Source: Bacteroidales bacterium (lineage in GTDB: Bacteria > Bacteroidota > Bacteroidia > Bacteroidales > Prolixibacteraceae). From it: a DNA stretch of 64,000 nucleotides. Under the pieces are notes generated by a model. The model was given only the letters and a program-made list of their open reading frames with translations, searched no databases and had not been told where the DNA came from. Where the stretch lies: the NCBI GenBank assembly GCA_038248385.1, contig JBBRXN010000003.1:34223-98222 (forward strand). The letters are read 5' to 3'. This document shows, in pieces, positions 29,289-39,781 of this stretch; within the stretch, counting starts at the first letter, position 1; each line of letters begins with the position of its first letter. The position numbers and the translations under genes were made by a program.

Positions 29289-32231
29289 ATGAAAATAGTT
29301 ACAACCATACTGCTTATCCTGATATTGGCCTCGGGATACTGCTCCGCCCAACAAAATCCGCCCTTTCTGAAAAAGACCAATGATGCCTGGGTCGATTCGT
29401 TAATGAACAAATTAACCCTCGATCAGAAAATTGGTCAATTGTTTATGATACAGGCCTATTCGAATGAAAAGAACCAAAAGACAGATGATCTGATTAAATT
29501 AGTCAATCAATTTCAGGTAGGCGGAGTTATTTTTATGCAGGGAGGCCCTGTAGCCCAGGCAAAAATCAGTAACCTACTTCAGCAAAATTCCAATGTGCCG
29601 CTGTTGGTTGCCATTGATGCCGAAACCGGATTGGGATTCAGGTTGGATTCAACACTTAATTATCCGGTACAAATGGCTCTGGGCGCAATAACCAACGATT
29701 CCTTAATTTACCGGATGGGCTTTGAGATTGGGGAGCAATGCCGACTGCTTGGAATTCACATGAACATGGCACCTGTTTGCGACATCAATGTTAATCCGTC
29801 CAATCCAATCATCAACCAACGTTCGTTTGGTGAAGACAAAATGCAGGTAGCCAGAAAATCATGGCTATATGCCAGCGGAATGCAGGATGCCGGAGTTTTG
29901 GCTACTGCCAAGCATTTTCCCGGCCATGGTGATACCCAGATCGATTCACATTATGATCTTCCGGTAATTCAACAAACAAAAAGCCAGCTCGATTCGCTCG
30001 AATTATTTCCTTTTTCGTACCTCATTAATAAAGGAATAGGAGCTGTAATGACCGGACATTTGCACGTTCCGGCACTCGACCCGAAAGATAAAATTCCGGC
30101 AACATTGTCGTCAAAAATTATCAATGTCAAGTTGAAAAAGGATATGGGATTCAATGGTCTGGTTATTACCGATGCCATGAACATGAAAGGAGTGAGCAAC
30201 CTTTATACATCAGCCCAATCGGTAGTTAAAGCCCTGAAAGCAGGCAATGACATGGTCGAAATTGTTCCACGTCTGGATAAGGCAATTGCGGCAGTACTGC
30301 TTTCAGTGGCGAGTGGAGAATTGTCGATTGAAGAGATTGACGAAAAATGTCGAAAAATTTTAACCATAAAGAAATGGATGGGACTCGACAGGCAAAAATT
30401 GGTCGAAACTAAAAATCTGAACCGCAAATTAAACGAAAACCGATACCTGCTCACCAAGCGCTTGCTTCAGGAACAATCTATGACAGTTCTGCTAAACAAG
30501 CAGAATACAATTCCCTTACAGCAACTCGATACGCTCAAAATCGCCAGTCTGGCAATTGGATCAGAGAAGGTTGTGCCATTTCAGAAGATGCTCGGAAATT
30601 ATACCCAAATTGACCATTTCAATGTAAGTAAAGCTCCAACAGAGCAAGAAATTAATAGTTTACTCACTCAGTTAATTCCCTACAACCTGATTATTATCGG
30701 AATACATGGGATGGGATTATATCCTTCCAAACGATTTGGAATCACAGATCAGCAAATCAGTTTAATCGAAAAGCTCAAAGACAGGAACACTGTTATCTGC
30801 TTCTTCGGAAATCCTTATGCATTAACGAATTTCCCCGCACTTTCGAATGCCGGAAGTTTAATCGTTGCCTATCAGGATGATCAGGATGCACAGGAAATGG
30901 CAGCCCAACTGATTTTTGGAGCCACTGATGCAAGTGGAAAATTACCGGTGAATGTGAATGTTCAGTTTCCGATCAACTCAGGAATCAGAATAAAATCGAT
31001 TCAACGGTTAAAATATACGCTACCGGAAGAAGTGAAAATCAATTCCCGATACCTTCAGCATTTAATTGATTCGATTGCTATTCGCGGAATTGAGGGGAAA
31101 GCATATCCTGGCTGTCAGGTTTTAATTGCAAAAGAAGGAAAAGTGATCCTGCATTCATGTTACGGATATTTCACCTACGACAATCAGCAACCGGTACAAA
31201 AAGAAAATCTATACGATCTGGCTTCGGTAACAAAGATAACTGCTCCGCTTCCGGCTATTATGAAATTGTACGATGAGAAAAGGATCAAACTGGATGAAAC
31301 TTTTTCCAATTATTTTACTGAATTTAAAAATACCAGTAAAGCAGAAATGACAGTCAGGGACATTTTGACCCATCAAGCCCGGTTGCAGAGCGGCCTTCCG
31401 TTCTGGCTCGAACCGGGAAAGAGAGGTTTGTTGCGAAAGGGAGTTTTCAGTGATCAGCCGGAAGAAAAATTTCAAATCCGCATTTCAAAAAACCTGTATG
31501 TAAAAAATGATTTTAAAAATCAGATTATCAATGACATTGTGAAATCACCGTTACTCGCTCAAAAAGAATATATTTATTCTGATTTGGGTTTCAGCCTTTT
31601 CCCATTTATGATAGAACGATTGACCGGAAAATTGTTTCAGGAATATTTAAACCAGGAATTTTACAAGCCTTTGGGTGCTGTTTCAACCGGATTTAACCCC
31701 TATCAGAGATTTCCAATTGAGCAAATTGTACCCACTGAAAACGATCTGACTTTCAGGAAAGAACTTTCACAGGGATTTGTACACGATGAACTGGCAGCCT
31801 TGTTCGGAGGAGTATCAGGCAATGCAGGGCTTTTCAGCACAGCCAATGACCTTGCCAAAGTGATGCAAATGTACCTTCAATTGGGTTATTACGGTGGAAA
31901 ACAATACATTTCGCCGGCGACAATCAGCGAATTTACTAAAGTACAGTTTTCTGAAAGCAGCAACCGGCGCGCACTGGGATTCGATAAACCAAATCCGGGT
32001 ATCAGAGGAATAAAGAACAAATTTCCGGCAGCCGATGCAAGCCCGTCAAGTTACGGACATACAGGATTTACCGGCATCTTCACATGGGTCGATCCGGAAA
32101 ATCAGCTTTTGTTCATATTCCTGTCGAACAGAGTCTATCCTACCAGAAGGAATTCAGCTATTTATGATTTGAACATTCGACCTGCCATGCACCAGGCGGT
32201 TTACGATGTGATAAAAAAAGGACTGAATTAA
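29289..32231 (+). CDS. GH3 beta-N-acetylglucosaminidase fused to serine hydrolase (beta-lactamase-like) domain
   Basis: KHFPGHGDTQIDSH, VITDAMNM; C-terminal LASVTK, YSDLG, GHTGFTG. Confidence 0.93.
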   Translation: MKIVTTILLILILASGYCSAQQNPPFLKKTNDAWVDSLMNKLTLDQKIGQLFMIQAYSNEKNQKTDDLIKLVNQFQVGGVIFMQGGPVAQAKISNLLQQNSNVPLLVAIDAETGLGFRLDSTLNYPVQMALGAITNDSLIYRMGFEIGEQCRLLGIHMNMAPVCDINVNPSNPIINQRSFGEDKMQVARKSWLYASGMQDAGVLATAKHFPGHGDTQIDSHYDLPVIQQTKSQLDSLELFPFSYLINKGIGAVMTGHLHVPALDPKDKIPATLSSKIINVKLKKDMGFNGLVITDAMNMKGVSNLYTSAQSVVKALKAGNDMVEIVPRLDKAIAAVLLSVASGELSIEEIDEKCRKILTIKKWMGLDRQKLVETKNLNRKLNENRYLLTKRLLQEQSMTVLLNKQNTIPLQQLDTLKIASLAIGSEKVVPFQKMLGNYTQIDHFNVSKAPTEQEINSLLTQLIPYNLIIIGIHGMGLYPSKRFGITDQQISLIEKLKDRNTVICFFGNPYALTNFPALSNAGSLIVAYQDDQDAQEMAAQLIFGATDASGKLPVNVNVQFPINSGIRIKSIQRLKYTLPEEVKINSRYLQHLIDSIAIRGIEGKAYPGCQVLIAKEGKVILHSCYGYFTYDNQQPVQKENLYDLASVTKITAPLPAIMKLYDEKRIKLDETFSNYFTEFKNTSKAEMTVRDILTHQARLQSGLPFWLEPGKRGLLRKGVFSDQPEEKFQIRISKNLYVKNDFKNQIINDIVKSPLLAQKEYIYSDLGFSLFPFMIERLTGKLFQEYLNQEFYKPLGAVSTGFNPYQRFPIEQIVPTENDLTFRKELSQGFVHDELAALFGGVSGNAGLFSTANDLAKVMQMYLQLGYYGGKQYISPATISEFTKVQFSESSNRRALGFDKPNPGIRGIKNKFPAADASPSSYGHTGFTGIFTWVDPENQLLFIFLSNRVYPTRRNSAIYDLNIRPAMHQAVYDVIKKGLN

Positions 32232-32475
32232 TTATTAAAAATTGTTAAATTTTTAATTGCCATTAAACAGAAATGTAATACTTCTTTAATCCAAATTGCT
32301 TATAAGACAAGATGAAGAGACATTACTTCAAACTGTTAAATAAATTAAAGTATTTTCGGGTTTAAAACATGCCATTAAAACATGGTCACACCTTCATTGT
32401 TATTTATATATTAATTCTAACTTTAAGCGTTATTTAAACAGAACAGATAGTGTGAACCCATAAAAACTAATTGTC

Positions 32476-32730
32476 ATGGAGAGAAAAATCACTTTTAACG
32501 AGTTGCGTCACATCAAGGACAGCTTACCTGCCGGTTCAATCCACCAAATTGCGCAAGAATTTAATATCGAGGTTGAAACGGTCAGAAATTATTTTGGAGG
32601 CGCAAACTATGACAGAGGCAAATCTGTAGGATTACATATTGAACCGGGACCTGACGGTGGCGTTGTATTAATCGATGATACCGCGATTCTTGACAGGGCT
32701 CAGCAATTAATCGCATCGCATTCGAATTAA
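32476..32730 (+). CDS. Small conserved putative DNA-binding protein
   Basis: 84 aa; ITFNELRHIKDSLPAGSIHQIAQEF...ETVRNYFGG HTH-like; own terminator. Confidence 0.75.
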   Translation: MERKITFNELRHIKDSLPAGSIHQIAQEFNIEVETVRNYFGGANYDRGKSVGLHIEPGPDGGVVLIDDTAILDRAQQLIASHSN

Positions 32731-32754
32731 AATTGAAATTATTTTTGATAATAG

Positions 32755-32786
32755 ACTGCCCTATTTTTTTAGGGCAGTTTTTTTTT
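32755..32786 (+). terminator. Intrinsic terminator
   Basis: ACTGCCCT-ATTTTTTT-AGGGCAGT followed by poly-T. Confidence 0.75.
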
Positions 32787-32808
32787 CTTATAAACTAACC
32801 CTTTTATC

Positions 32809-33597
32809 ATGAAAAACCTGGTTCTGTTTTTAACCATTTGTTTATTAACGGTTACAACATTCGCACAAAAATCTCTTTTCAACGGGAAAAATCTTAAAAA
32901 TTGGGACATCTACCTGGGAACTCCTATCACCGGATTTGAAGAACTGGCTAAAAATGCCACACCTGCCTCAACTTATAGTATAGTTAGTATCGACGGAAAG
33001 AAAATGATCCGTGTTTCAGGAGATATAAACGCATCGCTTGCCACCAAAGCTGAATATGAAAATTACCATATTCGGCTTGAATTTAAATGGGGCGAAAAAG
33101 TATATGGCAAACGCAACAGCGGATTACTTTATCACAGTTTCGGCCCGTTTGGCGCTGCTTTCGGAACATGGATGGCCACCATCGAACATCAGTTGATGCA
33201 TGACAACCTGGGCGATACCTACCTGATGGCCAATACTTATTGCGAAACCAAAGTGGTAAAAAGTGACGACGGGAAAAGTTATAGTTATTCTCCTGAAGGT
33301 CAATCAACTTCATTTAGTGAAGGCGATAACGGACGCTCAGTAAAAAAAGCCATTGATGCTGAAAAACCACTTGGAGAATGGAATACGGTTGACTTGTATT
33401 GTTATGGTCAAACTTCTGTTCATGTGGTAAATGGACAGGTGGTGATGATCAACACCAATTGCAGCAAGGTCGAAAATGGTTTGAAAATACCGCTGACAAG
33501 AGGAATAATCCAGATTCAGTCAGAGGGTGGCGAATTTTTTATCCGGAAAATTGAGATTGAAAAGATTAAGGAAATACCTGCGGAATACCAGAAATAA
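32809..33597 (+). CDS. DUF1080 (3-keto-disaccharide hydrolase family) protein
   Basis: SLFNGKNLKNW, YENYHIRLEFKWG, RNSGLLYH, GEWNTVDL, IQIQSEG. Confidence 0.92.
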   Translation: MKNLVLFLTICLLTVTTFAQKSLFNGKNLKNWDIYLGTPITGFEELAKNATPASTYSIVSIDGKKMIRVSGDINASLATKAEYENYHIRLEFKWGEKVYGKRNSGLLYHSFGPFGAAFGTWMATIEHQLMHDNLGDTYLMANTYCETKVVKSDDGKSYSYSPEGQSTSFSEGDNGRSVKKAIDAEKPLGEWNTVDLYCYGQTSVHVVNGQVVMINTNCSKVENGLKIPLTRGIIQIQSEGGEFFIRKIEIEKIKEIPAEYQK

Positions 33598-33617
33598 AAA
33601 TGATTGCACTTTATCAT

Positions 33618-33646
33618 GCCTGTCATGTTTTGAAAACCTGACAGGC
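33618..33646. repeat. REP-like palindrome, CCTGTCAGG family
   Basis: GCCTGTCATGTTTTGAAAACCTGACAGGC hairpin; related to 991-1016. Confidence 0.6.
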
Positions 33647-33712
33647 CTTTCTATTTTCAACGCAACCATCCAAATAGATTTTGTATCTTAGTTATGAATA
33701 AAACTCTTACTT

Positions 33713-34486
33713 ATGAAGCTGACTTTCCTGAAAATCAACTTACCTGTATTGTGTATTGTTGTTATCTTTCTTTCTGGCTGTAAAAAGGATGAACCGTTAA
33801 TATCCAATTTTGAGGACATTCAGTTTCCAAATGATAATGAATTGAGTTGGGATTATCCGGTAAAACCCGGCTCGGATAAGTGGAAAACCTTTCATTCCTA
33901 TGCGGAGATGTTGGAAGTCTGTCAAATACCAGAAATTCAGCTTTCCTACCTGCCGACAGAAGAATTACTTCTGATTTGCCTGAAATATCCTTTGTTATTG
34001 GATATTGGGGCTTTTAACTTTTTTTCAGATGGTTATTCATCTTTTGAAAATAACTTTAATGGTATCAGAGAACTCAATAAACGAAATGATGCCTCTGCCG
34101 TTATTTATAATTACTACCGGCAAATAAAACTTGAAAACGCTAATATATATTCTTCTATCTTTTTTGTTTTTAAAGTTTCTGTTGTTGAATATACGCTTTC
34201 AGCTCCATCAGTAATTTCGAAATACTCAGCAAGTCAAAGAAAAGAAGTCGCTACCGAATTACTTTCAAAATTGAACATTAAAAAATTGCTCCCGGACAAT
34301 TTCCCAATTAATTATCAGAATTCAACGTACCGGGCCTTGTTCATGATAATCAAATGCGACGAAGCAGGGAACCTCTCACCAGAAGATGCCCGGATTGCAG
34401 GTTATTTTACCGGAGTAGGTGCAGCACCTGAAAGTATTATGAAACAGGTGGAGGAAATAATTAATCAGTATTTCGCTAAAAAATAA
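33713..34486 (+). CDS. Hypothetical lipoprotein
   Basis: Lipobox FLSGC; WDYPVKPGSDKW...VCQIPE...TEELLLICLKYPL; no recognised family. Confidence 0.75.
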   Translation: MKLTFLKINLPVLCIVVIFLSGCKKDEPLISNFEDIQFPNDNELSWDYPVKPGSDKWKTFHSYAEMLEVCQIPEIQLSYLPTEELLLICLKYPLLLDIGAFNFFSDGYSSFENNFNGIRELNKRNDASAVIYNYYRQIKLENANIYSSIFFVFKVSVVEYTLSAPSVISKYSASQRKEVATELLSKLNIKKLLPDNFPINYQNSTYRALFMIIKCDEAGNLSPEDARIAGYFTGVGAAPESIMKQVEEIINQYFAKK

Positions 34487-34503
34487 GATTCAATATTATT
34501 TTC

Positions 34504-34528
34504 TGAACTATTCCATTTCAGCGTGTAC
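34504..34528 (+). promoter_or_regulatory. Putative ECF sigma promoter TGAACY-N12-CGTGTAC
   Basis: TGAACT-ATTCCATTTCAG-CGTGTAC; same motif and spacing upstream of the DUF3098-ECF operon (43913-43889). Confidence 0.5.
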
Positions 34529-34531
34529 TGA

Positions 34532-37500
34532 ATGAAAATTTCAGACATGAATCAACAACGAATCAACAACATTACCGGATGGGTTATTTTCGCCCTTTCA
34601 CTTATTGTATATGTATTAACCATAGAACCGACACTCAGTTTGTGGGATTGCGGTGAATTCCTTGTATCAGCTTACAAACTCGAAATCAACCATTCGCCGG
34701 GAGCACCATTATTTATGCTCCTGGGACGCATTTTCTCCATGCTCAGCCTCGGAAATCCGGCAAAAGCAGCCTTTACAATTAATCTCGTCTCTGCCGTTTC
34801 AAGCGCAGCGACCATCCTTTTTCTCTATTGGACCATCTTCTGGCTGATTTCAAAAATAGAACAATCGCAGGGAAAACCATTCCCGCTATTTCTAAAATTC
34901 GGGGCAGCTGCCATTGGCGCTTTTTCGTTCGCTTTTACCGATTCATTCTGGTTTTCGGCAGTAGAGGCCGAAGTTTATGCACTTTCCTCAATGTTCAGTG
35001 CAGCGATTCTTTGGGCAGCAACACGATGGGAGCGCGAGGCCGACCTTCCGAATTCTTCAAGGTGGATTGTGCTGATGTTTTTCCTGACCGGACTTTCCAT
35101 TGGGGTACATTTATTAAATCTGCTGGTTATTCCTTCAGTAGGGTTAATCATATATTTCAGGAAATATGAATTTACTTTCAAAGGCTTTGCTGCTGCCATT
35201 CTGATCAGTGGGGTCGGAATTATCGCCTTACTCCGGATTTTCATTCCGGGCATTCTCGATCTATCAAAAACCCTTGAACTATTTTTCGTTAACCAGCTTC
35301 ATTTCCCTATTCATTCAGGATTGGTCACCTATGTTTCTTTGCTTATTTTCGCAATATCAGCCGGTTTATTTTACAGCCATCGTAAAAAACTGCACAAACT
35401 CAACATGGTTTTATTGTGCCTGACATTTTTACTGATTGGATACACCTCCTACATCTCAACAATCATAAGGGCATCCACCAACATTCCCATAAACCAGGGA
35501 GATCCGGATACGACTTTCAGTCTTCTGAATTACCTGAATCGAGAGCAATATGGTACACGACCAATATTGTATGGTTCAAATTTCGGATCGGTTGTCACAG
35601 GTTACAAAGATCGGAACACATGGATCGCTATGAATAACAAATACATCAAAAGCAATTTAAATCCACAGATTGATTACGACCAAAATACAGTTGGCTTTTT
35701 CCCACGGATGCACAGCAATGAAACGGAACACATCGAATCGTATAAAAAATGGGTCAACTTTAGAGGTCGAAAAATTCCGGTTCGGGATGAAGAAGGCACA
35801 CAGACAAATACCACTATTCCCACTTTTCAGGAAAATGTTTCTTTCTTCATGAAGTACCAATTGGGATTTATGTATCTGCGCTATTTTATGTGGAATTTTG
35901 CCGGAAAACAAAACGATATTCAGGGAACAGGAGATTTGGCTAATGGTAATTGGCGATCAGGATTTCCCTTTATTGACAAGTATGTTGCCGGACCACAAAA
36001 CAATCTGCCTTCCGAAGTAAAAGCAAACAAGGGCCGAAATTCGTACTATTTTCTACCACTTTTCCTTGGTATTTGCGGTCTTTATTTTCAGTACCGGAGA
36101 GACAGACAGAACTTTCTTGTCACAGGATTACTTTTTTTCCTGATGAGTTTTGCATTGGTGGTTTACCTGAACGAAGTTCCGAATACACCCCGCGAACGCG
36201 ATTACGTTTATGTTGGTTCGTTCTATGTTTTTAGTATCTGGATTGGATTGGGCGTTTTATCCATTTTTGCCGCACTTAGAAAATTAATGAATGATAGAAA
36301 GGCTGTAATTACTGCACTGGCTTTCGGTTTCGCAGTTTCACCTGTTTTGCTTTTGGCTCAAAATTACGATGACCACGATCGCTCCGGAAGATATTCAGCA
36401 AGGGATCTGGCCCGGAACTACCTGGAATCGTGTGAAAAAGATGCCATTTTGTTTACCCATGCCGACAACGACACCTACCCGCTTTGGTATTGCCAGGAAG
36501 TGGAAGGCATCCGTAGAGATGTGCGTGTGGTAGTAATGCCCTATTTACAAGCAGAATGGTACATCGGTCAATTGCAACAAAAAATTTACCGGAACGAAGC
36601 GCTGAAAATGACGATCCCTTTGGAGAAATATCAGTCAGGACAAGTTGACTATGTGTATGTTGTGCCAAAAATTGAAACCGAACAGGAAATGACGGACGTT
36701 CTGGAATTTGTAGCCAGTGATTCTTCCAAAACAAAACTTACAGCGGACAATCTGGAGCAAATCAGCTACATTCCGGTTGATAAAATAAGGTTGGAAATTC
36801 CCGGAAAAGAAAGCATTCATCTGGAATTGAAACAAAAAGCGATGAACAAAGGCGATCTGGCCTTTTGGGATATTATTGCTTCAAACCGTGGAAAACGTCC
36901 TGTTTGTTTCACTTCGTGGACTGATCCGGAGGAATATGGATTAAAAAACAACCTGATTTTCGATGGGTTGGTCTATCGGCTTACCGATCAGAAAACCGAC
37001 AGTAATTCGGTGCTTGATATGGGAAAGATTGAAACAGAAAGTCTTTACACCAAACTGATGCAAAAATGCAACTGGGATAATCTGGCCGATCAGTCGGTGT
37101 ATTTCGACTGGCACCATCGCCGCATGTTTGCCAGTATGCAAATCAGGAGCGCTTTTTATCGGTTGGCTAAAAAGCTGACTGATGAGAACCAGCCGGAAAA
37201 AGCATTGGAAGTCCTTGAAAAAGCCAATAAAACAATCAGTTTGCGAAATTGGACGGTCGATTACCAGAGCATTCTGATGGCAGGATTATATGTCAGAAAC
37301 GGGCAAAAGCAATTGGGTGAAAAAAGGTTTCAGGAGTTGGCTTTGTCGCTTGAGGAATGGATGAACTATTATGCAACATTCTTACCTCAACAGAAAAAGA
37401 ATATTCAGGACGAGGCCGGTTATAAAATATCTCTATTCGATGAACTAATCAGGCAAGCAGCCGACACACTTGCAGAACCAGAATTGAAAAACATGAAGGA

Positions 37501-37534
37501 AAAGCTGAAGCAGGCTGTTAGCAAAATAGGTTGA
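34532..37534 (+). CDS. DUF2723 domain membrane protein (GT-C fold glycosyltransferase-like)
   Basis: LSLWDCGEF, HSPGAPLF, SAVEAEVYA, LSIGVHLLNLL, YLNREQYG, RERDYVYVGSF, DNDTYPLWY; start may be ATG 34547. Confidence 0.92.
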   Translation: MKISDMNQQRINNITGWVIFALSLIVYVLTIEPTLSLWDCGEFLVSAYKLEINHSPGAPLFMLLGRIFSMLSLGNPAKAAFTINLVSAVSSAATILFLYWTIFWLISKIEQSQGKPFPLFLKFGAAAIGAFSFAFTDSFWFSAVEAEVYALSSMFSAAILWAATRWEREADLPNSSRWIVLMFFLTGLSIGVHLLNLLVIPSVGLIIYFRKYEFTFKGFAAAILISGVGIIALLRIFIPGILDLSKTLELFFVNQLHFPIHSGLVTYVSLLIFAISAGLFYSHRKKLHKLNMVLLCLTFLLIGYTSYISTIIRASTNIPINQGDPDTTFSLLNYLNREQYGTRPILYGSNFGSVVTGYKDRNTWIAMNNKYIKSNLNPQIDYDQNTVGFFPRMHSNETEHIESYKKWVNFRGRKIPVRDEEGTQTNTTIPTFQENVSFFMKYQLGFMYLRYFMWNFAGKQNDIQGTGDLANGNWRSGFPFIDKYVAGPQNNLPSEVKANKGRNSYYFLPLFLGICGLYFQYRRDRQNFLVTGLLFFLMSFALVVYLNEVPNTPRERDYVYVGSFYVFSIWIGLGVLSIFAALRKLMNDRKAVITALAFGFAVSPVLLLAQNYDDHDRSGRYSARDLARNYLESCEKDAILFTHADNDTYPLWYCQEVEGIRRDVRVVVMPYLQAEWYIGQLQQKIYRNEALKMTIPLEKYQSGQVDYVYVVPKIETEQEMTDVLEFVASDSSKTKLTADNLEQISYIPVDKIRLEIPGKESIHLELKQKAMNKGDLAFWDIIASNRGKRPVCFTSWTDPEEYGLKNNLIFDGLVYRLTDQKTDSNSVLDMGKIETESLYTKLMQKCNWDNLADQSVYFDWHHRRMFASMQIRSAFYRLAKKLTDENQPEKALEVLEKANKTISLRNWTVDYQSILMAGLYVRNGQKQLGEKRFQELALSLEEWMNYYATFLPQQKKNIQDEAGYKISLFDELIRQAADTLAEPELKNMKEKLKQAVSKIG

Positions 37535-37552
37535 GCAGATTTTTATAAATCC

Positions 37553-37596
37553 CCGGAGACACATAAACCATTTTAGAATGTTTCATGTGTCTCCGG
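37553..37596. terminator. Long hairpin between convergent genes (bidirectional terminator)
   Basis: CCGGAGACACAT...ATGTGTCTCCGG 12-bp perfect stem. Confidence 0.65.
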
Positions 37597-37608
37597 TTCA
37601 AATAACAA

Positions 37609-39753
37609 CTATGATTTCACTTTGGCAATCGCCTCCAATACCCGCTCTGGTGTCATCGGAAGCTGATATAGCCTGGCTCCCGTTGCATCAAATATGGCAT
37701 TGGCAATTACAGCACCCATACAAATAATGGCTGGTTCGCCGCCGCCCTGTGGGGCTTCATTTTTATCCAGAATTTTGGTTTCTATTTTTGGAATCCATGA
37801 AAACAGGGGAATCTGATAGGTTCCAAAATTGACTGTTTGGATATCACCACCCGTGAACTTTAATTCTTCGGTCAATGCATATCCCATTCCCATTGTAATG
37901 CAACCTTCCATTTGAATTATTGAACCTTCAGGATTGATACAGAAACCCATGTCCTGGGCACAGGCAACCCTGATTACTTGAATTTTTCCGGTTTGCTGAT
38001 CAACTTTTACTTCAGCAATATGAGCTACATAAGCTCCGGCGTCGAATCCGCAGGCAATTCCGTAACCACGTCCACTCGGGCCTTTAGCTGGTTTCCAGCC
38101 CCATAATTCGGCCACGGCTTTAAGTACGCCGATCATTCGTTCGTCTTTCAGGTTCTTTAGCCTGAAATCCATTGGATCGGCGCCAATTTTTGCGGCCATC
38201 CTATCGATTTGCGACTCACGGGCAAAAGTATTGGTATTGTTACCTGGTGCACGCCATGCTCCGGTTCCGAAGGGATGAACATCTCTTGCTGAATAACTGG
38301 TCGTTTTTGAATCCGGAACATCATAAACGGTATCAGAACCCCGCGACCCGGCAAAATATTCGTGATAATCCCAAAGTGATATTTTCCCTGCCTTGTCGAT
38401 TCCTGAAGTAATTTTAATGACTGCTGCCGGTCGGAAAGTATCGTAGAAAAATTCTTCTTTTCGGGTATATAGCAGCATGATTGGCTTGCCTGTTAATTTA
38501 GCCAAACGGGCCGCCTCCACAGCCTGACGGAAAGCTGATTTTCCGCCGAAACCACCACCCAAAAACGGCGGAATAACACGAACCTTATCCAGTCCAATAC
38601 CCAATTCGCGGGCAATTCCATCCTGGGTTCCGAAAGGTGTTTGGGTCGATGCCCGTACCACCATTTTGTCTCCTTCCTGAAAAGCCAGTGCGGTATGAGG
38701 TTCCATGGGTGCATGTCCAACATAGCTATTGTAATATTCACTTTCAAAAAGTTGTGCTGAATTCTTTTTGCCGGTTTCAAAATCGCCGGTACTTTTAACA
38801 ATCCTGGCTACTGAAGGAAATTCAAGCAAATGCTTGAAAATGGTTTTATCGTCCACCTTCATTTCATCAAACTTGTATTCAGCCTTCACTTTGGCAAGAG
38901 CTGCTTCCGCCTTTTCAGGATCTTTATGCAACAGAACAACCAATTCTTTATCGCGGACTACCTGTATGCCTTCCAATTTTTCTGCTTCGGAAGTATCGGC
39001 TGAAACCAATGTCGCTCCGTGCGAAGGTGGCCTGAGAATTTTAGCATACAACATCCCGGGCATTCTGAAATCGCCTGAATACATGGCTTCTCCTTTCACT
39101 TTGGCAACTCCGTCGGCATGTCTGAACGATTTACCGCGAATTCTATATTCACTGAAATCTTTCGTCTTTGGTTTGACTTCCAGATATTTTTCGATTTTTT
39201 GCCCCTTGGCAAGTTGTCCGTAACTAACTTTTTTACTCTTATTATTTTTGATATAGATAATTCCATTTTCGATGGCTACTTCATCAGAAGTAACTTCCAG
39301 ACGTTCAGCGCCCATCTTCAATAAAACAGAGCGGGCTTCGGCAACTGCGGCCATAAGTGAAGGTCCCAGTGCACGGGTTGACAAGGATCCCCATGTTCCG
39401 GCATCGTACGGAGTAAGTTCGGTATCGCCCATCACCATTTTTATACTTTCCAGCGATACATCCAGCTCGTCGGCAATCATTTGAGGAAAGGAAGTAATAA
39501 TCCCCTGCCCCATTTCAATTTTACCGACCATCGCAGTCACTTTTCCATCTTCACCGATGTGCAAAAAAGCGTTGAAATCAGTCGGAAGTGACCTTCGCTG
39601 TTCGGTTTCAGCAGCCATGCCCGTCAGGAAATCGCCCAACTGGAAATAGATAAAAAGTCCTCCTCCCAAAAGTTTCACGAAATTCCGCCGGTCAAGTTCA
39701 AACACAGGATTATTTTCAGGTAATTCGTCGCGATAATATTTATTGTCTTCCAT
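37609..39753 (-). CDS. Xanthine dehydrogenase family molybdopterin-binding subunit (IorB-like)
   Basis: Start moved to MEDNKYY (ATG 39753); RRNFVK twin-arginine, KIEMGQG, GTWGSLS, GGGFGGK, WRAPG, GGGEP. Confidence 0.93.
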   Translation of the reverse strand: MEDNKYYRDELPENNPVFELDRRNFVKLLGGGLFIYFQLGDFLTGMAAETEQRRSLPTDFNAFLHIGEDGKVTAMVGKIEMGQGIITSFPQMIADELDVSLESIKMVMGDTELTPYDAGTWGSLSTRALGPSLMAAVAEARSVLLKMGAERLEVTSDEVAIENGIIYIKNNKSKKVSYGQLAKGQKIEKYLEVKPKTKDFSEYRIRGKSFRHADGVAKVKGEAMYSGDFRMPGMLYAKILRPPSHGATLVSADTSEAEKLEGIQVVRDKELVVLLHKDPEKAEAALAKVKAEYKFDEMKVDDKTIFKHLLEFPSVARIVKSTGDFETGKKNSAQLFESEYYNSYVGHAPMEPHTALAFQEGDKMVVRASTQTPFGTQDGIARELGIGLDKVRVIPPFLGGGFGGKSAFRQAVEAARLAKLTGKPIMLLYTRKEEFFYDTFRPAAVIKITSGIDKAGKISLWDYHEYFAGSRGSDTVYDVPDSKTTSYSARDVHPFGTGAWRAPGNNTNTFARESQIDRMAAKIGADPMDFRLKNLKDERMIGVLKAVAELWGWKPAKGPSGRGYGIACGFDAGAYVAHIAEVKVDQQTGKIQVIRVACAQDMGFCINPEGSIIQMEGCITMGMGYALTEELKFTGGDIQTVNFGTYQIPLFSWIPKIETKILDKNEAPQGGGEPAIICMGAVIANAIFDATGARLYQLPMTPERVLEAIAKVKS

Positions 39754-39781
39754 AATCAGGTATATTTTACAGATGATTGCA

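Noticed and set aside
29289-32231. GH3-beta-lactamase fusion as a resistance gene or novelty
   Set aside because: Widespread Bacteroidota peptidoglycan-recycling architecture
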